Shown here: in pieces, positions 51,094-63,856 of the stretch | Numbering within the stretch: position 1 is the first letter of the stretch | How the letters are laid out: every line of letters begins with the position of its first letter | Origin: Octopus sinensis | Lineage: Eukaryota | NCBI RefSeq assembly: GCF_006345805.1 | Contig: NC_043007.1 | Span: forward strand, 52,700,001-52,764,000 | DNA: 64,000 nucleotides | Reading direction: 5' to 3' | Program-made: the position numbers and the translations under genes | Notes under the pieces: model-generated | Seen by the model: the letters and a program-made list of their open reading frames with translations, nothing else | What the model was told of the DNA's origin: nothing | Database searches by the model: none

Positions 51094-51266
51094 ATATATA
51101 TACATATATACGACAGGCTTCTTTCAGCTTCCGTCTACCAAATCCACTCACAAGGCTTTGGTCAGCCCGAGGCTATAGTAGAAGACACTTGCCCAAGGTG
51201 CCACGCAGTGGGACTGAACCCGGAACCATGTGGTTGGTAATCAAGCTACTTACCACACAGCCACTT
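50834..51266 (-). mobile_element. Full-length tRNA-derived CORE-type SINE (octopus OR-like); partial copies at about 515, 6140, 12690, 14910, 26125, 27555, 29000, 51830
   Basis: A box TGGCTGTGTGG, B box GGTTCAGTCCC, CORE-like ccttgggcaagtg, internal (TA/TG)n, tail (aagagta)n. Confidence 0.85.
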
Positions 51267-52075
51267 CTGCGTATATATATAACATATATACATATTTATA
51301 TATAAAAATATCTAATATGAAATGAAATAAGATAAACATAAATTGAGAAATAATTTTTAAAAATGAGAAAAGTAAATAAAAGAATAAACAGACTTGGATT
51401 GGTGGGTGGGTGAGAAAAACAGAAAAATCAGGAAGTGAAGAGAAGGGAGTTTAAAGAAAAGAAGAGGATATAGACAGTGTATTATGATGGTAAGTATTTT
51501 AATTTAATTCTTGAAGATGACATGGAGGTTTGGAAAAGTGCAAGTGAGTTATGACCCTATTCTAAGTTGGTAATGCCAAGCAGATAAAAGAAAAGATAAG
51601 TAAAATAGGAGTTAAAAGTTACTAAAAAATAAACTCATATAATGTAGTAGAGGGTTTTAAGTTCAAAAGGACAGACACAGACACATGCCTACAGGCTACA
51701 TATACATACATCAACACATATACATACATACAAAGTTCACACACAAATATATTTTTATAATTTATCTATGTACTTATTGTTTTATTTATTTATTCATTTA
51801 TTTATGTATTTACTTGTTTTCTTTCATTCTTTTATTTGTTTCAGTCATTTGACTGCAGCCATGCTGAAGCACCGCCTTAAAGAGTTTTCAGTCAAAGAAA
51901 TTGACCCCAGGACTTATTCTTTTTAAGCCTATTACTTATTCTATTGATCTCTTATGCTGAACTGCAAAGTTATAGAGATGTAAATACACCAACATTGGTT
52001 GTCAAAGGATGGTGGAGGTACAAAGACACATATAAATATATATATATATAACAGGCTTGTTTTAGTTTCCGTCTA

Positions 52076-55000
52076 TTTTATATCTTTGTATTGGATATAT
52101 AATATAGTGAAGCGGAGGTGGGGGGAGTATATACACAACACACTACTATTACATGAGACTCAACACTCTATATCAAAGGCTCACAGTGAACTGCCAGTTG
52201 CTCACAGTTCTTGTTTTATAACGATTCAGTTCACATTTAGTCACTTGGGGAGGGGTTGGAATCCTTCCACAACATCTCCCCTTTTTAGAATTAGTCTCCC
52301 CTATCTTCTCTTTTATGAATTGAACTCCGCTCTGAGTTTTAATGTCTCTTACGCTTAGTGTTCAATTCCAGTGAAAAAAATCAGCACACTGATTTTTTAA
52401 TTCTTTTTCTTAACAAACACAGTTGGTGATGCCCAATCACTATATTCCACTTTTTGGATAACTCCAATATTTTTCTAGTCTCTCTAACTCTAAGTTAACC
52501 TGTTTTAACACTGCGAACAGTACAGTTAATTTTTTCTTTAAATATTGGTGTTTTCTTTTATTTGAAACTGCACCTTTGTCTTGCTGCAGTTTATTGTCTA
52601 ATTTATCTGACAGAACTTTAGAAATAATATCAAAAAATTTTTTTTCAATTCGTCTGATAACTTATTTGTACAGCAAGAAAAACCATACACATTTTTACAA
52701 AACAGATTTATGGGGAGGTCCCATAAATCAAGCAATTCCATCCAGTCAGTACCCAGTAAGTTTGTTGTATTATTTAATGCAAAAGCTTTAGCTTTTAAGA
52801 TTTTTTTCACAAAATGTAACGTTATTAATTAATTCACCCTTAAATATAATTTTTTCCTGCAACACCATGGGCAATTTTCAGGGTTTCATTTAATTTAGGC
52901 CTCCTGATCCTTTTCCATGTATCTGTGTTAATTATTGAGATGTTGTTGTCTGTATCCAATTATAACTTTCCGTTTGTTATTAATTTTTACATACACAAGT
53001 TTTCTTTGAGGCTCATTCATATTTTTTGTCACCGATAATTATTGGTGAAAAACTTTTTGCTACTATTAGACAAACTAGTGCTTATAGGTAAATTGAAAGC
53101 ACTGATTCAGAATCTGCAATCATTTTTGCTCTAGCGTGTCATGTCTTTGTGCTATCATTATTATACTGCTATCAAAATTACAATAATGTGAAAATCCATG
53201 AATGTTATGTTAAGGATAAATTACTGTTATTTGGTATAAGAACAATTATAACTAGGTGGACAAGTAGCTCTAAAACCAATAAAACATGAAACAAAAGTGT
53301 GAAGTGAATATCATTAATTTTATGTTTTTCAAAAATAGCTTTGGCGTCTTCTTTTACACTTATGTTGCATGTCTGTTTCTCGTTTTAAAAACCAGCAGTA
53401 GTCCATCAGTATGTTTGGTGTAAGTCTGCCACTGTAGCGGCTTTCTAGCTCTTTGATTTCTTGATGAAATTGTTCACTATGCTCATCACTTACACCACCC
53501 TATTGGGTGGAAAAAAGTCAAGATGAGAGTGGAGAAAATGAATTTTTAGAGACATTCTTGCCCCAAGTTGCTTACAAGCTTTCAAAAAGTCATTCACAAT
53601 TGCAATGTAGTTAGATGACTTTTCATTTCCTCCAAAATTTTTTACAATAGAAACAAACTTTTCCCAGGCAGTTTTCTCTATTGGGCTCAATTTTTCTTGA
53701 AAAAGCTCATCACAAATTAGTGTGCAAATTTCTGGTCCATTAAAAACACCAGCTTTGATCTTAGCTTCACTCTTGCTAGAAACAAATTTTTCACTGAGAT
53801 ATTTAAATCCTTCACAATCTTCATTCATGGCCTTAACAAAATTCTTAAACAAACCAAGTTTAATGTGTAAGGGAGGAAGATAAATTTTCTGAGGGTCAAC
53901 TAAAGGGATATATTTAACATTGTATCTCCCTGGAGTGAAACCACTTCTCTTTGGACATTCTTTCTGATCATAGTGATGCTTGTCTTCTCTGCTGTTCCAA
54001 AAGCACAAAAAGCACTGATATACCCCATTTGCAACCCAAGAAGCAAACCAATAACTTTCAAGTCCCCGCATATATTCCACTTGTGCTCAGAATATTTAAT
54101 CAAGTACAAAATTTTATCCATTGATTCATAAGTTTCCTTTAATCCTACAGCATGTGCTGGTAGTATTGAAGGTTTTTGATTGCCATTATGCAGCAAAACA
54201 GCTTTTAGGCTTGCTTTGCTGCTGGAATCTATGAAGAGTCTCCATTCTTCAGGATTATGGCCATACCCCATCTCACGTTGGAGTCCTTCAACATTACAAA
54301 AAAACAAATACAATCTTTCTCTGTAAAAAATTTATGTAATTCTGTATGCATTTTACACCATCATGGAAATGATTCTATTGTTTCAACCTGAAGCCCAGTA
54401 GTTCTGACCTTTTTGTTGAATCCATGTCTCTAACTAAAACATTTAACTCAAGTGAACTTAATAGATGAGGAACTGTTTTTAATGATCCTGGTTCATCACA
54501 GTGATCTGCTGTATCACTCGGCACACCTTCAATTAAAGACTTAGTCAACTCATTCAATTTGAATTTCTCATACTCTCTGTTAACCACTCCAGCATAGATA
54601 ACAAAATTTTCTTCATCTTTTTTGACCAAATTTAAACATTGCCAGGGAACTTCTTTCACTGAAAATTTTCAATAAAATATTGTTTCACCTGACTTTTTCA
54701 GTGGAATGTAGTTAATATATTTTTTGTGTTTGGTAGGGGATAACTTTCTTAAAAGTAGTCATACTTTTTTCTTGTCAGACCAACTTTTACACTCTTCTTT
54801 GAAGATTTCTTAGTATCTACGAAAATATGCAGAGAAGGTAATTGTTCTTCTGGATTATAGCTGAATTCTTCAACTGAGTTTTCTATGCTGTCTGGTGAGT
54901 ACAAACTTGAAGTATTTTCAGACTTTTTCAACATTAATTTCAGCAACTGTTGGTTTTGTTGTTGCTGTAGTTGCTGTTGCAACTGCACCATGGAAGCCAA

Positions 55001-55302
55001 TAAGCCTTTATTGTTAAAACGATTTTTACTTTGCTTTTGTACCAAAAAAAAAAATGTCCAATGCAAGCTTCAAACAACTCATTGCCACTTTTTGTATCCT
55101 TGTATTGGATATATAATATAACAAAGCAGGGGGGAAGAAAGTATATACATGACGCACTATTATTACTATTACACAACACTATATTAAAGGCTCACAGTGA
55201 GCTGCTCCCAACACGAACTGTCAATTGCTCAGTTCTTTGTTTTATAACAATGAGTTAGTCCACTTTAAGTCACTTGGGGGTGATTGGAATCCTTCCACAA
55301 CA
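52076..55302 (-). mobile_element. Ty3/Gypsy LTR retrotransposon relic with both LTRs and a 5-bp TSD
   Basis: LTRs at about 55090-55302 and 52076-52274; TSD GTCTA at 52071-52075 and 55303-55307; PBS-like TGGCAATGAG; PPT AAAAAGGGGAGA; gag FSYNPEEQL...CLNLVKKDE; protease-end GTDWMELL; RT start LERLEK...WASPTVFVKKK. Confidence 0.88.
52863..54540 (-). mobile_element. Chapaev3-like (CMC) DDE transposase, 5'-truncated, nested in the Gypsy relic
   Basis: EEWRLFIDSS, ICGDLKV, LPPLHIKLGL, KIHFLHSHLDFFP, SDEHSEQFHQEI; terminus CACCATGGGCAA. The superfamily name comes from recalled motifs. Confidence 0.75.
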
Positions 55303-55684
55303 GTCTACCAAATCAACTCACAAGACTTTGGTCAGCCACTCATAATGCTATAGTAGAAGATACTTGCCCAAGATGCCATGCAGTGAGATTGCATGCAGAA
55401 CCACGTGGTTGGGATTCCTCTTTTTCCACTCCATCACATGCTCTCTCTTCCTTTTTTCTCTTCATCACTAACTTGTTCGCTTTCTACTTCCATCTCTAAA
55501 TACTTGGAAATTACCTCACCATGAATCTAACTTCAGATATTTCAATATCTGTAACAGAATGCAATAAAGTGTTCCTCAGATGATCCATTACAGTTAGGCA
55601 TCCGGATGAACTTGAAACATCCAATGCTGAGTTCCAGTTAACAGTAACAGTGAAACATATGTAAGAATTTCCACTATGTATGCT

Positions 55685-57305
55685 TTCATCATCATCATCA
55701 TCATCATTTAGCGTCCGCTTTCCATGCTAGCATGGGTTGGACGGGTCAACTGGGGTCTGTGAAGCTGGAAGGCTTCGTCAGGCCCAGTCAGATCTGGCAG
55801 TGTTTCTACGGCTGGATGCCCTTCCTAACGCCAACCACTCTGCGAGTGTAGTGGGTGTTTTTTACGTGCCACCTGCACAGGTGCCAGACAGAGCTGGCGA
55901 ACGGCCACGAACGGTTGGTGCTTTTACGTGTCACCGGCACGGGGCCAGGCAATGCTGGCAACGGACACGAACGGATGGTGCTTTTACATGCCACCGACAC
56001 GGGGCCAGACAGAGCTGGCAAATGGCCACGAACGGACGGTGCTTTTACGTGTCACCGGCACGGGGGCCAGCCGAGGCTGGCAATGGACACGAACGGATGG
56101 TGCTTTTACGTGCCACCGACACGGGGCCAGACAGAGCTGGCAAATGGCCACGAACGGACGGTGCTTTTACATGTCACCGGCACGGGGCCAGAGGCGAGGC
56201 TGGCAACGAACACGAACGGATGGTGCTTTTACGTGCCACCGACACGGGGGCCAGGCAGAGCTGGCAAACGGCCACGAGCGAATGGTGCTTTTACGTATCA
56301 CCGGCATGGGTGCCAGACGAGGCTGACAGCGGACACGAACGGATGGGTCACTTAACCCCTGCTTTCTGATATATGATTTAATTTTGATTGTTCTCACTGG
56401 TCTTGCCGGGTCTTCTCACGCACAGCATACTTCCATAGGTCTCGGTCTCTGGTCATTTCCTTGGTGAGACCTATAGTTCGAAGGTCGTGCTTCACCACCT
56501 CGACCCAGGTTTTCCTGGGTCTACCTCTTCCACAGGTCCCCTCAACTGCCAGGGTGTGGCACTTTTTCACACACCTATCTTCATCCATTCTCACCACATG
56601 ACCATACCAGCGCAATCGTCTCTCTTGCACACAACATCTGATGCCTCTTAGGTCCAACTTTTCTCTCAAGGTACTTACACTCTGTCGACTATGAACACTG
56701 ACATTACACATCCAACGGAGCATACTAGCTTCATTTCTCGCGAGCTTACGCATGTCCTCAGCAGTCACGGCCCATGTTTCACTGCCATGTAGCATGGCTG
56801 TTCGTACACATGCATCATACAGTCTGCCTTTTACTCTGAGCGAGAGGCCTTTAGTCACCAACAGAGGTAAGAGCTCCCTAAACTTTGCCCAGGCTATTCT
56901 TACTCTAGCCGTTACACTTTCAGCACACCCACCCCCACTACTGACTTGGTCACCAAGATAACGGAAGCTATCAACTACTTCTAGTTTTTCCCCCTGGAAA
57001 GTGACGGAAGTTGTTTTCTGCAGATTTTCAGAGGTTAATGCTCCCGAGCATCTGCCACATACAAAAACCATCTTCCTAGTTAGCCTTCCTATGACATTGC
57101 TGCACCTCTTATGTGTCCATAGCTTACACTTGGTGCATCTTATAGAGTTTCTACCTACACCTTTTCTACAGATCGAGCAGGGCCATCTACCTGAAGGCGT
57201 TTGTGATTTGTCTACCTTCCTACTTATTAGGACTTTGGTTTTAGCTAGGTTGACTCTAAGGCCCTTCGATTCTAAACCATGCTTCCACACCTGAAACTTC
57301 TTCTC
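55685..57305 (-). mobile_element. Young RTE LINE, near-identical to 30083-31810
   Basis: ORF 56394-57329 differs from 30903-31832 at only a few residues; 8-unit 3' UTR array. Confidence 0.95.
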
Positions 57306-58149
57306 TTTATATATCATAACTAGCAACACTGCAATGTACAGTGGCCAACTATTATACCAGAAGGTAACTGCATTTTCTACATGGAGTTCGAACTCATACA
57401 GTAGTGGTTGTACATCTAACTGTACAAGATATATATATATATATATAGTTCAAAATTGTACAAAAAAACAGATGTAAGAGAAAGGTGAGGGAACAACAAA
57501 CAAAGTGTATTAGCTTGATGCTCAGGAAAATGGAAGTGTCTTTGACATTTCGAGCTTATGCTCTTCTAACGATTCTGCCAATTCGCCACATTAAAGAAAC
57601 TGATATTAGCTGAAAGAACAAAATTCATCTCCACTATTCAACAATCCAATGAATCAGTTTCTTAAGTTCTTTCAAATCTGTGACACGCCAATGAATACTG
57701 CGAATTTGAATTTTGTAAGACTAACCAAGGAAGTATATATGGATTTAAAGACTCTCATCAAAAGCAGTAATTTTTAATTTATATTTCAAACAAACACCAT
57801 TTTGTAGTATTACTTCAAATTTTTAAAAAACTACCATTCGATATGTTATACAAAATTCAAATTTTATATTGCTGAAAAGCAGAAGAGTTGTCTATAAATG
57901 CTTATCAATATAGGATTTCATTATAGGGACAGCACTTCTGTGAAACAATCGTAAGATGCTTTAAAACTTTAAAAACTTTTAAACTGTCATATACATTATA
58001 TATTTATACTTATACATATTTACATATATTTTTATACATACTGATATTTTTAATACAACAATTATTTTACACACGTATATATCTTTCTGAAGAATTTTCT
58101 AATATTGATTTCCTGATATTAAAAATAATATATAATAAAAAAATATATA

Positions 58150-60137
58150 CATTTTTAGACTATGTGATATTGGCAGAAGGAATTAAACCTGCAAAAGAAC
58201 TCGCAAAATCATGGCATTAAATCAGCCAAAAAACACTGAGGAACTGCAATCCTTTCTTGGGCTAATTGGATACTTTGGGCAATTCATTTCAAATTTCAGT
58301 GACAAAACAATGTAGAAACTAACTACTGCCAATTGTTTTCAGTGGACAGACAAGTGCCAACTTGAATTTGAGAATATTAAAGATGAGCTATGCAAAGAAC
58401 CAGTGTTGAAGCCATCTGATCCTAAATTACCTGCTGAGCTGATGACAGATGCATCAATGAACAGTGTTGCAGCAATACTTTCATAAAATGGTCACCCTAT
58501 TCTATATGTATCAAGAAAATTGATACCTGCTAAACCTAATTGATCAACTATCAAAGCGAAACATTTGTCATCATATGGCCATTACTACTCTCAAGCAATT
58601 CCTGCTAAGTAAAAGGTTTAAACTCAATACAGATCATAAACCTTTAAAATATAACTTCCACCCAAAAAAGCCAATCCCTATGAATGTTTCTGCTAGAATC
58701 GGGTGATGGACTATTCAAGTGATGACATTTGATTTTGATATATCGCGTATCTCTGACTCTAAAATTCCTTATGTTGACGCAATGTCAAAATTGCAAGTAG
58801 CAGACAAGGGAATTGTCCTTGCTGTTAAACAAGTGAATGATATTCCATTTGGAGCCATGTACATTGATCATGTGAAAAATATTACTGAATATGACAGACA
58901 TATAGCGAATCAAATGCATGGTCAAATCTGGAAAATGGACTTCGCGAAACAAGTGCGATCTCCCTTTCAAATGCATGCGTGATCAACTAACAATAGAAGA
59001 TGGAATTCTATATTTGCGAATGAAAATATTTGTTCCCTACCAATTACATGCCAGTCATGATACACATTTGAGTATTCAACAAATTCTCAATAAAATCTCT
59101 CTTGGATTCTGGTGGCCAAACATGTCTTGAGATGTGACTACCTTCATTTCCAACTGCACTGCTTGTCAGCAGAATCAAAGTATGAAAGATGATTTGACAG
59201 TGACTTGGAATAAGGATGGTCTTTGGGAACATTTTCACATGGATCGGGCTGTTATGACTGACTGAAGTTGGCAATCTATTCCTTATTGTTGATTCATATT
59301 CCAACTACAATGCCATCTCTTGCACCTCATGCAAAAATGGAAAAGGTACAAAAGTGCTTGATGTGTCTCTTTGCTCTGTTTGGACAGCCAAAAGTTACTG
59401 TATCAGACAATGCATTTGAATTTACAGCATTGAAAAGTTGATTATTGACCCTTGGCATAAAGGGCATATATACACCTACTTATCATCCAGTCAAATGGGC
59501 AAGCTGAGTGAGCTGTCCAAACCATCAATCCTGTTGTTGATGATTGGCATCTCTATTAACAGCAAGTTCTACTCAAATATCGTTCTTCATCCTGAGGAAA
59601 GGTCATTCACAAGACCGTTATGTACCAGCTGCAATCCATGATTTATATGGTTTATTAACTTCTGGTACCACAACAAATGCATTAAGAAAGCAAGTCTCGT
59701 CATATCTCTGGCACAGAAAGGTGCAAATACTGCAATTGTCACAAACGCAAACAAAAGCTGGATAGCTAGTTTCGACCGATTGCTACTGTCAGTGGACAGT
59801 TGTCAACCTCCTCGGGTAGGAATTGACTCGAGGTTAGGCAATGAGAACTGCATGAAACACGAACCTCAAGCACATGAAGTCGACAAGATGATGATTGGAG
59901 TAAACTGGCGATTCATCAGAAAAAGAAACCTACCAAATCAACTTTCTTATTGAGGTAGCGAGTGTTGTGTATTAACTCCTAATGAATATATAACAAATGT
60001 TGTTGCACGTTTGTTTAAATAAATTAAAAACTGCCAGTCATGTGGCATGCATGAGTTTTATGTGAACTTGTCTTGTTTTTTCTCCTATATATTGCAGTTA
60101 AAATAAACAAGGATACATAATTGATTCCATCACTACA
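58150..60137 (+). mobile_element. Ty3/Gypsy pol relic (RT connection, RNase H, integrase) with a probable 3' LTR at 59963-60137
   Basis: FLGLIGYF; TDASMNSVAAIL; DHKPL; HASHDTH...WWPNM...CTACQ; VSDNAFEF; candidate LTR TGT...ACA after a purine-rich tract, containing AATAAA. Confidence 0.8.
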
Positions 60138-60149
60138 AGATGACAGTTC

Positions 60150-60995
60150 ATGTTGTTATCCCTTCTCATATGTTCTGCAGTTGGTTGTTATTATTGAAGC
60201 TTTGGGTGTTGACGAAAATCAACTATCTGGTCTGTTTCAGAGAACTTTCGGGCCTGGTCCTATGGATGATTTCCAGAAATCCCTTACCTGGCAGTGCTAC
60301 CGAAGGGTGCTGCCCATTCAGGATAAACTTTACAGGTACAGAAGTGCTATAGCCGGGCTTGCCCAAGGTGCATGCAGAGTGACGAAACTGATGCCCTCAT
60401 CCAGAGCATGAGCATTACTGACATGTGGGTTATGTCAAACACCAGCTGTCATGTGTAGGACAGATCCGGCTATCACTTGAATCCATAGTGAAGATTGCCC
60501 TGCCACCCTCCTTTGGCCAGGAGGGGCAGGCAGTTTTTATTTGCCTGGTGGCTGAAGCAAAAGAGGTAGTGTGGGTGACTCATCTGAAAGGGCTGAAGTC
60601 AGACACTTTCTTCTTTGGCCAAGCCCTCATCAACTTTTTCAAGTTTCACTTGAAGAGGAAAGTGAGGGTGCAGAGGGAAGTGTTGCCTTCTAGCAAGTTT
60701 GTTGAAAGATAGGTGAATGTTGGAAGAATGGGCAGTGTGAAAGGACCAATTCTGAGTGTACACCTGTGAAGAAATAAAAGGAGAAGAGCTCTTGCCCTGT
60801 TGATCAGGCACTCGTGGCTTTTGTGGGTTTTTCCACAAGGACCTTTAAAGCACCTCCCCCTATTGGGAGTTTTACTTGCTTAATTTTTTATTGTTTTTAC
60901 TGTTTACATGCATTAAAACCCATTGTATTGTTTTGTGTTGTTGTTTATGTGAGTGTCATGTCCTTTAATATATTTTTATATTAGCCCTTGTGGCC
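60150..60995 (+). mobile_element. L1/Tx1-clade LINE 3' fragment (C-terminal zinc knuckle and 3' UTR)
   Basis: SLTWQCYRRVLPIQDKL...ACPRCMQSDET..ALIQ...FFKFHLKRKVRVQR; ends gcccttgtggccaataaaag. Confidence 0.7.
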
Positions 60996-61816
60996 AATAA
61001 AAGAATGAATTATTGTTATTATTGTTATCATATAAATCCTAAGCAGAAAGGAGTTCTGCATGTATACCCATACCCAGAGATATCTGAGATATGTGATAGC
61101 TGGACAAAAGCAGAGGAGCTCTTAAACGCAAGTTATGGGGCTTTTACCCAAAATACACTAAATAAATGTGGTTGTGTGTGTGTGCATATATAAGTGAGCT
61201 TGTTGAAATCATAAATCTGCTAAGTCAATGTTTTATCTTAAAATATGTGACTTCTTCATCAATGGCTTTACATTTTCTCTCATTCATCACTGACTAGTAG
61301 ACAGGACTCATGTGGAAATAGATTTCTTTTCTGTTGCTTTAAATGTTTATGTGATGAAATAGTATATAAATTAACCTTATTTCATATGTGTATGTGAGTA
61401 TGTGTGTGTGTAATCACTAAAATTATCAGTACAATGTATCCCACTTATTCATAGTCCTGGTTATTTACAGAAACCACTGCATATTTGTGGAATTGTAAAT
61501 ATCGTCCGCAATTTTTTTGGCATTTTTCATGGCAATATATACTTTTTCACAATTTTTAAGGCTAAATTATTATTAATAATATACTGTATTTGCCTGTTTA
61601 CTGGATACTCCTTTGCAGCTGAAGGTCACTCTGATTAGAATAGCCGTGCATCATGCTGCTTAACTTTTTTTTTATACAAGTATGCTGTATCTTTTTTCTC
61701 TTATTCCTGCTTTCAATCAAAGCTTGCTAATTAGTATAGCAACATCTATCACATATACACACTCTTTAGCCTCATTGAAATTAGGTTACTTGCTGTCCCC
61801 CCCCACCTCTCTCTCT

Positions 61817-61848
<32 letters not shown>

Positions 61849-62048
61849 AGATTACTGTATCTAGTGGTAATACAAACTAAATTTTTCAAAACCATGATTA
61901 TTTTTAATCTCTCTTCAATCTCCCATTGGTGGTATGTGCATATTAGATGCAGTAAAGATTTTTTTGTAGGTTTTTTGTTGGAAAAACTACATCCAGTAGC
62001 TATCTCCAGTATTTTGTTCAGTGCTGTTTTTTTCGCAGTGTATTATTA

Positions 62049-63856
62049 ATGCCCAAGATGCTGCCCAAATACCCTACAGGCTTCTGGCAGTGAACCTAAG
62101 TGCCAGAAAAAGGTTATGATGCCCCATAAGAAAGTACAACTGCTGGATATGTTCCAGGAAGGTAAAAGTTATGCTGCAGTTGGTCACTATTATGTTGTCA
62201 ACGAAAGCACCATACGCTACATAAAGGAGAACGAGGTGGCGGGCAGGACTATCTTGGCAGTAAGTTTCTGTGAAAGTGCCAAAAAGATAATGATAATGAG
62301 AAATAAGCACTTTGTCTAGATGGAATCTGCCTTGGCATTGTGGATCAGTGACTGCAAGAAGAAAAACATCCCCTAGAGCGGTAACATCATCTGCGAGAAA
62401 GTGTGGAAATTATATCAGCAGTTCAACAGAGGAGACAGAGCAGAAGGCACCGAAGAACCACAACCAAGACCATTGACAACACCGGAACCTGAAGATTTTC
62501 AAACCAGCAAAGGATGGTTTGACCATTTCCAGAACTGACTTAAAAGAAAGTGTGTTTCCCTGCATGGAAAGACAGCATCAGCCAAGAAAAATGCCACTGG
62601 GAAGTACCTCGAGACCTCCAGGTAGATCATCAAAGATAAGGGATACAAACCAAAACAGGTTTTCAGTATGGATGAGACTGGCTTGCTCTGGAAGAAGATC
62701 CCTTCCAGAATGTACATCATGAAGGACGAAACCAGAGCCCCAGTGTTTAAGGCACAGAAGGACAGAGTGATGCTGGCTCTTCATGATGAAACCAAGACTT
62801 ATCTACAAGTTCATGAATCTAAGGGCCTTCAAAAATAAGAATAAAAACTACTGATCATCCACTGAATGCACAACCCCAAGGCCTGGATTACCAAAAGTTT
62901 AACTTTGAATTGATTCCACCAATGCTTCATCCCTCAAGCCAAGGAATACTCCCAAAATGTTTACATAGAATTCAAGGTGTTGCTTGTTATGGATAATGCT
63001 GGTGATCACTTTGGATTTGAATCATGAGGGAATTCAAGTTCTTCCCTGCCAACACCACCTCCCTCATCCATCCTGTAGATCAAGGTGTGATCCATGCCTT
63101 CAAAGCACTTCACACTCAGAACTCTCTCCAAGGACACAATAGATTTGGATGAGAATTTCAAGTTAAAGGAGTACTGGCATATCTTCATGATCACAACGTG
63201 CCTGTCAGACATCCACGCTGCACTTAAAGACATGAAAAAACAAACCCTCATCGTATGCAGGAAGAAGGTGTGGCTAGAGTGTGTCCAGGATTACGAAGGT
63301 TTCTCACCTGAAGATATTCAGCACGGAGCTGTCAACAATGCAGTGAAACTGGCAAGGGTACTTGGTGACGAAGGTTTTGATGATATCACACAAAATGAGG
63401 TCAATGACCTCATTGATGCCCACTCTGAAACCCTGACAGATGAAGTCTACCAGTGAAGAGGAGGAGGAAGCACCAGATCCAGAGGAAGAAAAGGATGAGG
63501 TGAGCCTGGCAACTGGACATCTGTCTGACCATTTAAGGGCAGCAAAGGAATTGCAAGGGAAGGCGGAAGCATGGGAACCCTATATAGTTTGGTCTCTCCA
63601 ACTTAAAAATGTTGTTAATGCTGCCATGCAGACATATAAAACTCTCTTCACCATTATGAAGAAAAAACGACAACAACTTCCCATCACAATGTTCCTCAAG
63701 CCCACCAACAAAGCCTTGCACAAAGATACAACACCCGCTAAAACATCTGAGAAAGAGGCATCATATGAAGAGCTTGAAATCTTCTTTGCTGTGCAGTCAT
63801 TACCTTCATTTCTTTCATCATCATCGTCTTACATCAATATCATTCATTATTTGTGA
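62049..63856 (+). pseudogene. pogo/Tigger transposase (CENP-B-type HTH + DDE_1), frameshifted
   Basis: KVQLLDM...GHYYVVNESTIRYI; SKGWFDHF; QVFSMDETGLLWKK; KVLLVMDNA; PVDQGVI. Confidence 0.88.

Noticed and set aside
54940-55000. Polyglutamine tract suggesting a host regulatory protein
   Set aside because: It lies at the start of Gypsy gag directly downstream of the LTR and PBS.
55737-56369. Long ORFs (up to 210 aa) with repeated RTDGAFTCHRHG-type motifs; also 30253-30725
   Set aside because: By-products of the GC-rich minisatellite, open in several frames on the antisense strand of the LINE.
61074-61157. Minus-strand AG/GT-bounded segment containing VKAP, a candidate for the missing upstream VPS54 exon
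   Set aside because: Stop codons in all three frames.
62049-63856. Domesticated TIGD/CENP-B-like host gene
   Set aside because: Multiple stops and frameshifts; consistent with a decayed Tigger copy.
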